Assembly: GCA_964537195.1 (NCBI GenBank)
Contig: CAZHYZ010000002.1
Span: forward strand, 66,416 to 130,415
Length of the DNA: 64,000 bases
Direction: 5' to 3'
From: an uncultured Methanosarcinales archaeon
GTDB taxonomy: Archaea > Nanobdellota > Nanobdellia > Woesearchaeales > GW2011-AR15
Positions 17,589-27,415 of the stretch are shown piece by piece. The notes under the pieces are model-generated. The model was not told the DNA's origin and did no database searches. It saw nothing but the letters and a program-made list of their open reading frames with translations. Position numbers and translations under genes: made by a program. Position 1 is the first letter of the stretch. Every line of letters starts with the position of its first letter.

Positions 17589-18547
17589 AGATATTTTTTT
17601 TAGGAGGAAACACCTGTAAATATCCTTTCTGGCCATTTCAATGTAAAAAAGCTTTTGAAAGTCTAGGTCATGAAATAAAATTTTTCAATTATAGATATCA
17701 ACATCTAAACAAAAACCATATTACAAACAAAATCCTTCATAAAATAATGTATAGAGAAATAATTAATTATCATCCAGACCTTCTTTTTGTTACAAAGGGG
17801 GAGACCTTACTTCCAGGATTTATAAAAAAAATTAGAGATAAAGGAATAAAAACAGCTAATTGGGTTATTGATGATCCAACTGGGAAACACTATCTGCAGA
17901 ACAAAGTCAGAAACATAAACGAGTATGGCGCTTTCTTTGTATTTGATCCTGCATATGTAAAAGAACTAAAGAAATTAAATCCAAACACACATTATCTTCC
18001 TTGTTTTGCAGACCCAGATAATGTTCATAAAGAAGTTATTTCTTTTAAAGAAAGGGATTACAGATATGATGTTTCCTTTGTTGGTTCACACCAACCAGAA
18101 AGAGAAAAATTTCTCAAGAAGCTTACAGATTACAATCTCCATATATGGGGATTTAGGTGGAACAAAGTAAAAGACAAAATTCTTCGTAAACACATTCATA
18201 AAGAAATTCCTCGAGGAAAAGACATGTGTAAAATTTTTAACAACACAAAAATCAATTTGAATATGCATGCAAAGCACTCTATTCAAGGATTGAATCTAAG
18301 AACTTTTGAAGTACCGGCAACCAAAAGTTTTCTTATAACTGATTACTACAGCGAATTAGACAATTTATTTAATGTAGGCAAGGAAGCAGTATTTTATAAA
18401 GACATATCTGATTTAAAGAAAAAAATAGATTATTATGTGAACCATAAAAAAGAAAGAGAGAAAATAGCATTAGCAGGATATAAAAGAGTAGTAAAGGAAC
18501 ACTCAATTAAAAAGAGAATTGAAAAATTGCTTAGAAATTTAAACTAA
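17585..18547 (+). CDS. CgeB-family glycosyltransferase-like protein (DUF3880 + Glyco_trans_1_2)
   Basis: C-terminal ..RTFEVPATKSFLITDYY..GKEAVFYKDISDLKKKIDYYVNHKKEREKIALAGYKRV resembles the CgeB/spore-maturation GT-like domain. Confidence 0.45.
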   Translation: MKIFFLGGNTCKYPFWPFQCKKAFESLGHEIKFFNYRYQHLNKNHITNKILHKIMYREIINYHPDLLFVTKGETLLPGFIKKIRDKGIKTANWVIDDPTGKHYLQNKVRNINEYGAFFVFDPAYVKELKKLNPNTHYLPCFADPDNVHKEVISFKERDYRYDVSFVGSHQPEREKFLKKLTDYNLHIWGFRWNKVKDKILRKHIHKEIPRGKDMCKIFNNTKINLNMHAKHSIQGLNLRTFEVPATKSFLITDYYSELDNLFNVGKEAVFYKDISDLKKKIDYYVNHKKEREKIALAGYKRVVKEHSIKKRIEKLLRNLN

Positions 18548-19657
18548 GTTCTTGTCTTTTAACTCATTATAGGCTTTATTGACGTCATCTTTTGATTCCT
18601 GTTTTCTAGACCATTCAACTAATTCTTTCATGCCTTTTTCTAAGGTAACTTTTGGAGTATATCCAACCATCTTTATTTTTGAGAGATATGGAGAACAATG
18701 ACGAATGTCCCCTTTTCTATATTTATTTGTAATTTTTGGTTTTAGTTTAGAACCATAAATTTTTATTAGTATCTGGGCAAGTTTTTTTATTGAGATAGTT
18801 TCTCCACTTCCAACATTGAATGCTTCATGATCATGTATTTTGTCTTTCATTATCAACATTGCAGCTTGAACAACATCATGTACACTTACAAAATCTCTAC
18901 TTTGTTGTCCGTCTTCAAATATTAATGGTGGTTTGTTATTTTTTATTCTACTTATAAAGATGGCAGCCGCTCCGGTATAGGGATTATTTAAGCTTTGTCT
19001 AGGACCATAAGTGTTCCATATCCTTAATGCTGCAGAGGGAATTCCGTATGCTTTGCAAACATTCAGAACAAGTTGTTCCTGTGTTTTTTTTGTTATAGCA
19101 TATACGTTTTTACTCAATAAGGGCGCAGATTCTTTAGTTGGAACGGGGTTAAGTATATTATTACAAACAGGGCATTTTGGTTCCCACTCATGGTTTATTA
19201 GTTGATTATTTGTTCTATTTACATTGAATAATTTCTTTTCACATTTTTTACAATAATAACTTCCTTCTCCATAAATAGTCATGCTGCTTGCAACTATAAT
19301 CTTTTTTATATTGTGATTTTCATTGGCAACCAAATGTAATAAATTCGCGGTCCCTAAGGAATTTGTTTTTACATATTCTTTTATCTTATACATAGATTGT
19401 CCAACACCAACACGTGCACCAAAGTGAAAAATTGTGTCTACATTGAGAATCTGTTTTTTTAATTCATCATAATTCGTAACGTCACCCCTTACAAAATTAG
19501 CTCTTTTGTTAATGTATTCTGGAACATTTCCCTGGTGAACCTGTGGTTCCAAATTATCAAATAATATCACATTATGTCCTTGTTTAATTAGTTCATCAGC
19601 CAAAAAAGACCCAATAAACCCTGCTCCCCCAGTTATTAATACGTTTTTCTTCATCAA
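18539..19657 (-). CDS. NAD-dependent epimerase/dehydratase (extended SDR) with an inserted C4 zinc ribbon
   Basis: VLITGGAGFIGS N-terminus and YxxxK region (YAITKK). A ~40-aa insertion YYCKKCEKKLF..KCPVCNN carries CxxC...CxxC. Confidence 0.7.
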   Translation of the reverse strand: MMKKNVLITGGAGFIGSFLADELIKQGHNVILFDNLEPQVHQGNVPEYINKRANFVRGDVTNYDELKKQILNVDTIFHFGARVGVGQSMYKIKEYVKTNSLGTANLLHLVANENHNIKKIIVASSMTIYGEGSYYCKKCEKKLFNVNRTNNQLINHEWEPKCPVCNNILNPVPTKESAPLLSKNVYAITKKTQEQLVLNVCKAYGIPSAALRIWNTYGPRQSLNNPYTGAAAIFISRIKNNKPPLIFEDGQQSRDFVSVHDVVQAAMLIMKDKIHDHEAFNVGSGETISIKKLAQILIKIYGSKLKPKITNKYRKGDIRHCSPYLSKIKMVGYTPKVTLEKGMKELVEWSRKQESKDDVNKAYNELKDKNLV

Positions 19658-19718
19658 GTTTTCTGAAATTATAGAACCTTATAAAAGTTACTGTAGAGGA
19701 AAAAGATATAAAAGAATA

Positions 19719-20726
19719 ATGGATTTTAGAACATTAATGAAACTGCCAAAAGTGATATGTAGTTCTGTTATTAGGTCTGCACACAAAGGAGAAAGCCATG
19801 GGGGTGTCTATATTGTCAACCTTGAAAGAGGTACACACCAAAAGGTTTTAGATTGGGACAAATCAGATATTAGTTGGGAAGGGAGAGGAGGAGACAGAGG
19901 CCTAAGGGGGATAGCAATTCATAAAGAAAAAATATTTCTTGTGGGGAGCAAACGTTTATTAGTATATAACAAAAAATTCAAAAAACTAGCAGAATTTAGA
20001 AATCAATATCTTAATTCCTGTCATGAAACATATTTGGACGACAACAAGCTTCATATCTCTTCCACAGGCACCGATTCTATCCTTGTATGTGACATAGATA
20101 AATCAAAATTTACTAAAGGTTATCATCTCTCAGTAACTTTTCAGAAAATTAAATTTCAATCATTAAGAATATTAAAGAAAAAAGGCCTTAACTTGTTGAA
20201 TTATTTTTCTCTAAAACCAAGAGTGAAAGAATTTGATCCAAATACAGATAATGGTCCAGAAAAAAAAGACACTCTTCACTTAAATAATGTTTTTTTAAAA
20301 GACAATAAATTGTTTTTTTCTGGAACAAGAATGAATGGATTGTATTATCTAGAAAAAGGAAGAACATATCGATATGCAAAACTTCCTTTCGGGACACACA
20401 ATTCAACCCCGTTAGAAAAAGGAGTTATATTTAACAGCACAGACAATCACAGCATAGTTTATAGAGATTTTGAGAAAAAAACTGAAAAGATTTTCTCAGT
20501 GAAAAAATTTGATAAAAAAGACATGCTAAATACAGACCTACCAAAAGATCACGCAAGACAAAGATTTGCCCGTGGTCTTATTGTAAGAGGAGATTTAATT
20601 ATTGGGGGGTCGTCTCCTGCAACAGTCTCTGTTTATTCTATAAAAAAAGGAAAACGCATAAAGTCTGTTACTCTTTCAAGAGACATTAGAAATGCAATAC
20701 ATGGTCTAGAGATATGGCCCTTTTAG
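19719..20726 (+). CDS. Hypothetical protein (possible beta-rich or propeller fold) inside the glycan locus
   Basis: 335-aa ORF with no signal peptide, coding-like composition, and no recognisable catalytic motif. Confidence 0.35.
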   Translation: MDFRTLMKLPKVICSSVIRSAHKGESHGGVYIVNLERGTHQKVLDWDKSDISWEGRGGDRGLRGIAIHKEKIFLVGSKRLLVYNKKFKKLAEFRNQYLNSCHETYLDDNKLHISSTGTDSILVCDIDKSKFTKGYHLSVTFQKIKFQSLRILKKKGLNLLNYFSLKPRVKEFDPNTDNGPEKKDTLHLNNVFLKDNKLFFSGTRMNGLYYLEKGRTYRYAKLPFGTHNSTPLEKGVIFNSTDNHSIVYRDFEKKTEKIFSVKKFDKKDMLNTDLPKDHARQRFARGLIVRGDLIIGGSSPATVSVYSIKKGKRIKSVTLSRDIRNAIHGLEIWPF

Positions 20727-20728
20727 AG

Positions 20729-21664
20729 TTATATTTTATTATATCCCCACAAAGAAATCAAATCTTTTCCAGTTAGTTTAGACAATTTTTTTACTTCTGG
20801 TTTATATTGTTTCATCAACTTTTTCTTGAACTCAACGTCCAAATCTGGACGTTTAGACGACTTTTTATTAAGATTAGCTATAAACGTATAAAGCCCATCA
20901 TATATCTTAAAAGGGACAATTTTTTTAATGAATTCTTTTAGAGGAGAGGGATCATAAATTAACTTTTGCATAATTTTACTTCTTGGTACAGAGAAAACAT
21001 TGTATCTTTTGAAATCAGGGTGAAAATATTTATCGACATCAAGAAAATCTAAGACTTCTTTATAAGTTTTTTCAGGAGACTTCTTCAAATCATCCAACAA
21101 CACAATTTTTACTTGTTTTTTAGGAAAGACTTCCAAATATCTATTTATTTGTTCTGAGAACTTTGCTAAATCTGAATAAAATAAACGAGAAGGGAACATT
21201 ACTACTTTAGGAATTTTATTTTTGTCTTTTTTTCTCTGTTCTTCTATTCTAAGCGCTTTTTGGAGAGACAAAGCATTGTCTATCCTATATAATGTGTTGT
21301 GTTTATGCATAGAATTTAAGAATTCAACAGGATTTCTCAACATAATGATTATTTTTGATTCAGGATTGAATTTCTTTATCTCTTTTGCAGCAACTTTGGA
21401 ATAAAGATAGAATACACTTGATTCACCTAGCTTTTTTTCTTTTTTTGCCTTCGAAAAAAGTCTCAGGTAGTCTTTTTCTTTTCTATATCTGAATCTCTTT
21501 TTTTCACCATAAAACACGTCACTCTTTTTATGTAGATCTTTACAAAAATAATGCGGTTCTTCTGGTTTAGAAACAAATATGTCTGGATGCTGATTAAGCA
21601 ACCTCCTTAAAGAAGTCGTTCCACTCTTTGGGAACCCAACAATAAAAAAATTTGGTTTTCTCAT
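20729..21664 (-). CDS. PAPS-dependent sulfotransferase
   Basis: 5'-PSB motif FIVGFPKSGTTSL at the N-terminus and a 3'-PB-like region (..IIMLRNPVEF..). Length is typical (311 aa). Confidence 0.8.
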   Translation of the reverse strand: MRKPNFFIVGFPKSGTTSLRRLLNQHPDIFVSKPEEPHYFCKDLHKKSDVFYGEKKRFRYRKEKDYLRLFSKAKKEKKLGESSVFYLYSKVAAKEIKKFNPESKIIIMLRNPVEFLNSMHKHNTLYRIDNALSLQKALRIEEQRKKDKNKIPKVVMFPSRLFYSDLAKFSEQINRYLEVFPKKQVKIVLLDDLKKSPEKTYKEVLDFLDVDKYFHPDFKRYNVFSVPRSKIMQKLIYDPSPLKEFIKKIVPFKIYDGLYTFIANLNKKSSKRPDLDVEFKKKLMKQYKPEVKKLSKLTGKDLISLWGYNKI

Positions 21665-21726
21665 TTAACTTGCAAAAAGCAGATAATTTTATATATCTTT
21701 TGAAGGTGCTGTTTATTGGTGATAAC

Positions 21727-22785
21727 TTGAAGATTTTAGTTACTGGCTCAGGGGGTTTAATTGGGTTTGAATGTTGTGATTTCTTCTTAGATAAGGGAGC
21801 AGAAGTTATTGGAATAGACAACAACCTTAGAAAATATTTTTTTGGAGAGGGGGGAGACACGACTGCAAATGTTAAGCACTTATCAAAAAAGTGGGACAAA
21901 TTCGAGAATCTAGATGTTGATATAAGGGACAGAGAGGAAATACTTTCAATTTTCAAGGAAAAAGGACCCTTTGATTTGATAATTCATACAGCAGCTCAGC
22001 CGTCTCATGATTGGGCGGCCAAAGAACCATTTACTGATTTTGATGTGAATGCTGTGGGCACACTTAATTTACTTGAAGCGTTTAGATTACATTCACCAAA
22101 TGGAGTGTTTATCTTTACTTCTACAAACAAAGTTTATGGTGACAGACCAAACAAAGTTAATTTAATAGAGGAAGAAACAAGATACGAATATGCTAAGAAA
22201 CAAGAAATGGCAGGAGTATCATTAAAAGGAATAAGTGAAGAGATGAAAATTGATGATTCTCTACATAGTTTATTCGGAGCATCAAAAGTTGCAGCAGACA
22301 TCTTATGCCAAGAATATGGAAGATATTTTGATTTAGATATAGGGATATTTAGGGGCGGTTGTTTAACAGGATCTCAGCATTCTGCAGTAGAACTCCATGG
22401 ATTTTTAACATATATTGTTGATTGTGCAGTAAATGGAAAACCTTATACTGTTTTTGGCTACAAAGGAAAACAAGTAAGAGACCAAATACATAGTCATGAT
22501 GTGGTCACAGCATTCTATGAATTCTTTAAAAATCCTAAGAAAGGAGAAGTTTATAATTTAGGCGGGGGAAAACAAAACGCTGCTTCAATATTAGAGGTTA
22601 TTAAGATTCTTGATGAAGAATTTGGTTACAAATTAAATTACTCTTTTAGTGAGAAAAACAGAAAAGGAGATCACATATGTTATTATAGTGATTTAACAAA
22701 ATTAAAAAAAGATTATCCTCATTGGAAAATAACTCGTTCATTAATTGACATAATGAATGAAATAATTAAAGCAAAGAAGGGTTAA
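21727..22785 (+). CDS. NAD-dependent epimerase/dehydratase (CDP-paratose 2-epimerase / UDP-sugar epimerase-like)
   Basis: KILVTGSGGLIGF Rossmann N-terminus and YGASKVAAD catalytic YxxxK. A TTG at 21727 is the likely start, because the tracked ATG-less start at 21652 overlaps the sulfotransferase start. Confidence 0.65.
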   Translation: MKILVTGSGGLIGFECCDFFLDKGAEVIGIDNNLRKYFFGEGGDTTANVKHLSKKWDKFENLDVDIRDREEILSIFKEKGPFDLIIHTAAQPSHDWAAKEPFTDFDVNAVGTLNLLEAFRLHSPNGVFIFTSTNKVYGDRPNKVNLIEEETRYEYAKKQEMAGVSLKGISEEMKIDDSLHSLFGASKVAADILCQEYGRYFDLDIGIFRGGCLTGSQHSAVELHGFLTYIVDCAVNGKPYTVFGYKGKQVRDQIHSHDVVTAFYEFFKNPKKGEVYNLGGGKQNAASILEVIKILDEEFGYKLNYSFSEKNRKGDHICYYSDLTKLKKDYPHWKITRSLIDIMNEIIKAKKG

Positions 22786-22817
22786 TTTATTAAAATACAA
22801 ACGAATTTTGGTTCTTT

Positions 22818-23864
22818 ATGAAAGTATTGATGTGTGGTTTTTACGACATAAACTATTATTCCAGGGCCAGAATATTGTATAAAGGATTAAAATCACAGAA
22901 AGTTGAAGTAAAAAAATGTCTGCCTAGAAAGAGAAACAAATACAAGATTTTAATTAAAAGACTTCTAAAAAAAGATTTTGACATAATTGTTGCTACCGGA
23001 AAAATCTGTTTTCTTATTTGCTGGTTGTTTAAACCATTCCACAGAAAGAAAATAGTTTTTGATTTTGTAATAACAGATTATGATACTTTGGTCAGGTCAA
23101 GAAAGAAAGTCAAAAAAGACACAATAAGGGCAAAGTTAATTTGGCTAAGTGATAAAATTGCCTTGAAATTATCAGACAAGGTTATGGGAGAATGTAATGA
23201 ATTTAACGAGCAGGTAGCAAAAGAATATGACATTAAAAAAGAAAAGTTTTCAGATGTTGTTCTTGGTGCAGACGAAGACATCTTTTATCCCAGGAAGAAA
23301 AAGAAGTCAAAAAAATTTACAATATATTATCACGGTACCTTTATACCACACCATGGCTTGGAGTATGTTGTGGAAGCAGCCAAACTATTAAAGAAGGAAA
23401 AACAGATAATGTTTAAATTTATAGGAGAAGGACAGACATATAATGAGATGAAAGAACTTTCTGGGAAATACAAATTAAAAAATGTTGAATTTCTTGGATT
23501 TCAAAAAATTACAAACGTTCCAAAGATGTTGGCAGAAGCAGATTTGTGCTTAGGAATATTCAAAAATAGCATAAAAGCGAAGAGACATGTAACTCATAAG
23601 ATCTTTGAAGTTTTGGCAATAAAAAAACCCTTATTAACAGGGAATTCACCTGCAACTACAAGGATATTGAATCATTTAGAGCATTGTTATTTCTGTAAAT
23701 TAGGAGATGCAAAATCTTTGGCTAAAGGCATTCTATATTTAAAAAAAAACCCAAAGAAAAGAAAAAAGATAGCAGAGCAAGGCTATAAAAAACACTTAGA
23801 AGAGTTTACTTATAAGAAGATAGGTCTAAGAATGAAAGAGATTCTTGAAGATATTTTAGATTAG
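22818..23864 (+). CDS. Glycosyltransferase (GT-B, Glycos_transf_1 C-terminal domain)
   Basis: YYHGTFIPHHGLEYVVEAAKLL..FIGEGQ..FLGF.. motif order typical of GT4-like enzymes. Confidence 0.55.
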   Translation: MKVLMCGFYDINYYSRARILYKGLKSQKVEVKKCLPRKRNKYKILIKRLLKKDFDIIVATGKICFLICWLFKPFHRKKIVFDFVITDYDTLVRSRKKVKKDTIRAKLIWLSDKIALKLSDKVMGECNEFNEQVAKEYDIKKEKFSDVVLGADEDIFYPRKKKKSKKFTIYYHGTFIPHHGLEYVVEAAKLLKKEKQIMFKFIGEGQTYNEMKELSGKYKLKNVEFLGFQKITNVPKMLAEADLCLGIFKNSIKAKRHVTHKIFEVLAIKKPLLTGNSPATTRILNHLEHCYFCKLGDAKSLAKGILYLKKNPKKRKKIAEQGYKKHLEEFTYKKIGLRMKEILEDILD

Positions 23865-24029
23865 TTTTTTACCTTTTCGATTTTTTGTTTCTGTAGCACC
23901 GGTTCTATGATATAGATAAGACTAGATACTTTTTAATCACTTAGAAACACATATTATAATATGATATTTAAAAACATTATATATAATGGAAAGATATTTA
24001 TTCTAGTTATATAATATTTTATGATATAA

Positions 24030-24212
24030 ATGGAAGACGGAGAAAAAATTAATACATTCCCTGCAAAAATTAGAAAATGGGGAGATAGTTTCGCAATTAC
24101 AATTGATAAAAATATTATTGATACTTTAGATCTGGGTCTGGGTTTTGTTCTTGAGGTTAGAATTTTAAATGTAGATAGAACGGTTTCAAAAGATAAGGGG
24201 AATAAAAAATGA
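24030..24212 (+). CDS. Small AbrB/MazE (SpoVT-AbrB swapped-hairpin)-like protein
   Basis: KIRKWGDSFAITIDKNIIDTLDLGLGFVLEV matches the vrkwGnS.aitIPk..l..l.l..Gd.vev pattern. The stop overlaps the next GT start (ATGA). Confidence 0.35.
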   Translation: MEDGEKINTFPAKIRKWGDSFAITIDKNIIDTLDLGLGFVLEVRILNVDRTVSKDKGNKK

Positions 24213-25462
24213 AAGTATTAATGATATCAGAATATTACCCTCCACACGGGAAAGGAGGAGGAGAAATAAGTGCAAAGATGCTTGCAGAACTATTGTCTAA
24301 AGAGAAAAATATTGAAATGCACGTTCTTACATCTTATTTTGGAGAAAAGAAAAAGAAGGAGAAAAAAGGGAAACTTACAATTCATAGGTATCTGAAGACA
24401 GGAGAATCTCCAACATCTTTAATAGGGAATATTAAGAGAGAAGCCCAATTCAAAAGATCTTTGTTAAAGGAATTGAAAGTTCTAAATGAAAAAGAAAAAT
24501 TTGACATCATTCAGTGCATGAATTCAACAAGCATTCATGCTATTAAACTTAAAGATTTTATAGATGCAAAATTTATTTTACAAGCCCACGGTCCAGTTCT
24601 TTTTTGTCCTAAAGCGACATTGATTTATAAGCATGAAAAATCTTGTGATGTTGAATGCAATCTTAAAAATTATACCAAATGTTATTTTAATTCTAAAGCA
24701 ATAGGTAAAATGGATTTTAAACCCCACTTGAAATATAATCCTGTTGTTTTTTATGAATTAAGACGCCGCTATAATGAATATAAAAAATTATTCAAACAAT
24801 TTGATTATTATGTTGCTATAAGTGGATATATGGAAAAAAGAGCAATTTTTATGGGGGCAAATAAAAAAGATGTGAAAATTATTTATCATCCGATAGATGT
24901 TGACAAATATCTGAAATTAAAATCTCCTAAGAATAAACTCAAGAAGATTCTTTATTTGGGAGCATATAGTAGAACAAAGGGACCACAAATATTATTAAAT
25001 GCTCTAAGAACTATTAAGGAACCATACGAAGCTAACTTTTATGGTGAGGGCGTATTAAAAGAGTTATTAAGAAAAAGGGTCAAAGAATTTAATCTCAATG
25101 TTACTATTCATGATAAAATTAGTAATGGAGAAGTTCCCAATGTACTTGAAAAACATGATGTTGTTGTGGTTCCTTCTTTTGTAGGGGAAGCTCTTGGAAA
25201 AGTAGGAATAGAAGCGAGAGCCTCAGGAAAACTTGTTGTTGCATCAGATGTTGGAGGTATTCCGGATGTTGTGACAAACAAAAAGAATGGTTATTTATTT
25301 AAACCAGGAGATGCAAATGAATTAGGTACAATTCTCAAACAAATACTAAAAGGTAAACTTAGTCTGAGTTTAAAAGAAATTAGAAAAAACATAGACATAT
25401 TTTCTGCTAAGAAAATAGTCCCAAAGATAAAGAAAGCATATAATTCTTTAATTAAATCCTAA
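24209..25462 (+). CDS. Glycosyltransferase family 4 with a Cys-rich insertion
   Basis: N-terminal MKVLMISEYYPPHGKGGGE and C-terminal PSFVGEALGKVGIEARASGKLVVASDVGGIPDVV..NGYLF. The insertion reads FCPKATLIYKHEKSCDVECNLKNYTKC. Confidence 0.75.
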   Translation: MKVLMISEYYPPHGKGGGEISAKMLAELLSKEKNIEMHVLTSYFGEKKKKEKKGKLTIHRYLKTGESPTSLIGNIKREAQFKRSLLKELKVLNEKEKFDIIQCMNSTSIHAIKLKDFIDAKFILQAHGPVLFCPKATLIYKHEKSCDVECNLKNYTKCYFNSKAIGKMDFKPHLKYNPVVFYELRRRYNEYKKLFKQFDYYVAISGYMEKRAIFMGANKKDVKIIYHPIDVDKYLKLKSPKNKLKKILYLGAYSRTKGPQILLNALRTIKEPYEANFYGEGVLKELLRKRVKEFNLNVTIHDKISNGEVPNVLEKHDVVVVPSFVGEALGKVGIEARASGKLVVASDVGGIPDVVTNKKNGYLFKPGDANELGTILKQILKGKLSLSLKEIRKNIDIFSAKKIVPKIKKAYNSLIKS

Positions 25463-25620
25463 AACAAAGCATAAACAAAGGGACTTACTGCACTGCTTTG
25501 TCCAAATATTATCAATATTCCAACCAGTATGAGCATTAATATAATTGGAGTAAGCCACCACACCTTTCTTACTTTTAGAAAATCCCAGAGTTCAGCAAGT
25601 AATGATTTGTTTTTTGCCAT
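25459..25620 (-). CDS. Small membrane protein (53 aa), DUF5989/SxtK-like, downstream of the carbamoyltransferase
   Basis: Minus-strand ORF MAKNKSLLAELWDFLKVRKVWWLTPIILMLILVGILIIFGQSSAVSPFVYALF. It was too short for the ORF track. Similar small proteins accompany NodU-type carbamoyltransferases elsewhere (from memory, not searched). Confidence 0.45.
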   Translation of the reverse strand: MAKNKSLLAELWDFLKVRKVWWLTPIILMLILVGILIIFGQSSAVSPFVYALF

Positions 25621-25645
25621 GTTGTGTTTTAAAGTAATTGTTTTT

Positions 25646-27415
25646 TTAATTCTTTGCGTTTTTTTGGCTATTCCATGTGTCTTTTGAATTATCTTTTCTT
25701 TTGATAAGGAATTTGTCTAATATCATATAATCAATTCCAGTCCCCATCATGCATGTATATGCATCATAAGGTGTACAGACAATAGGTTCTCCCCTTATAT
25801 TAAACGAAGTATTAATTAACATGGGAACTCCAGATATTTTTCCGAATTCTTTAATTAAATCATAATACAACCTATTTTGTTTTTTTCTTATTGTTTGTAA
25901 TCTACCAGAGCCATCCACATGAGTTACAGACGGAAGTTTTTTATGCCACTTCTTTTTAATAGGATATACCATCAACATGAAATCAGTTGGTTGAGGTAAT
26001 GGAGAATCACATTCAAAGAATTTTTTTGTATCTTCCCTACAAACAACAGGAGCAAATGGCCTAAATGACTCCCTATGTTTAACTTTTTTATTTAGGATTT
26101 TTTTCATCTTTGGATTAAGTGGGTTAGCTAAAATGCTTCTGTTACCTAGGGCTCTGGGACCAAATTCCATCCTTCCTTGAAACCAGCCAACAACATTATC
26201 TTCATAAATCAACCCAGCAGTTTTTTTAACCAATTCTTTTTTGTTCTTGAACACAGAATAATTAATCTCATTTTCATCTAAGAATTGGTTAATCTCCCTT
26301 GTCGAAAACCCAGGTCCAAACGAGGCAGAGTCCATAACATAATCTCTCTTCTTTCCAAGTACAACATTGTAAATATGTTGTGCTACTCCCAAACTAGTGC
26401 CACCGTCTCCGGCAGCAGGCTGTATCCACACCTTTTTAAAAGGACTATTTTTCAATACTTTTCCATTAAAAACACTGTTTAAAGCAACACCACCAGATAA
26501 AACAAGATTGTCACCTTTTGTTTTTTTGTGTACATACTTAAGAATTTTGAATAGTGTCTCTTCAGTTATCATTTGTAAAGCAGCTGCAATATTCTTGTGT
26601 TTCTGTGTTAGTTTGCTCTCCGGTTTTCTTATGGGTCCACCAAGCATTTTACATAATTTCTCTGAAGGCATTCTGTCTGCATAATGATATTTGAAATAAG
26701 TCATATCTAATCTAAAACTGCCATCTTCTTTGACATCTATTGCTTTCTTCAGTTTCTTGTAATATGGATTCTTATTTTTGTCTTTAAGTCCATACGAAGC
26801 AAGCCCCATGACCTTGAATTCGGAATTATTTACCTTAAATCCGAGATAGGCAGTAAGGGTAGAATATAATAAACCAAGAGAATGAGGAAATCTAATTTCG
26901 TTTATCAATTCAATTTTATTATTTTTTCCATAACCAACTGTTGTGGTAGTCCATTCTCCCACACCATCTACAGTAACAATTGCACTTTCTCTAAATGGAC
27001 TTACTAAAAAGGAGCTAGCAGCATGTGCCATGTGATGAGGTATAAATAAGACATCTCCATTATACTTTAACTTTTTTATAATGGTCTTTATTATTCTAAG
27101 TTTTTCATTTATCCAGGAAGGAGTAGAACTCAAAAAGGCTTTGTAGCTTTTTGGGAAGCTCTGAAGGTGTTGATATAAGAGACGTTCAAATTTTAATAAG
27201 GGTTTTTCATAAAATCCAACATAATCAACTTCTTTAATAGTTATGTTTTGGCTTTTCAGACAATATTTTATCGCATTTATTGGAAATCCCTCATCATGTT
27301 TTTTTCTAGTAAAACGTTCTTCTTCGGCCGCGGCAACAATTTTTCCATTTTTTAATAATGTTGCAGAAGAATCATGATAATAGCAACTTACTCCAAGGAC
27401 ATACATCTTATTCAA
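25646..27415 (-). CDS. Carbamoyltransferase (NodU/CmcH family)
   Basis: MYVLGVSCYYHDSSATLL..EEERFTRKKHD N-terminal YrdC/Kae1-like domain plus a C-terminal carbamoyltransferase domain over 589 aa. Confidence 0.85.
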   Translation of the reverse strand: MNKMYVLGVSCYYHDSSATLLKNGKIVAAAEEERFTRKKHDEGFPINAIKYCLKSQNITIKEVDYVGFYEKPLLKFERLLYQHLQSFPKSYKAFLSSTPSWINEKLRIIKTIIKKLKYNGDVLFIPHHMAHAASSFLVSPFRESAIVTVDGVGEWTTTTVGYGKNNKIELINEIRFPHSLGLLYSTLTAYLGFKVNNSEFKVMGLASYGLKDKNKNPYYKKLKKAIDVKEDGSFRLDMTYFKYHYADRMPSEKLCKMLGGPIRKPESKLTQKHKNIAAALQMITEETLFKILKYVHKKTKGDNLVLSGGVALNSVFNGKVLKNSPFKKVWIQPAAGDGGTSLGVAQHIYNVVLGKKRDYVMDSASFGPGFSTREINQFLDENEINYSVFKNKKELVKKTAGLIYEDNVVGWFQGRMEFGPRALGNRSILANPLNPKMKKILNKKVKHRESFRPFAPVVCREDTKKFFECDSPLPQPTDFMLMVYPIKKKWHKKLPSVTHVDGSGRLQTIRKKQNRLYYDLIKEFGKISGVPMLINTSFNIRGEPIVCTPYDAYTCMMGTGIDYMILDKFLIKRKDNSKDTWNSQKNAKN

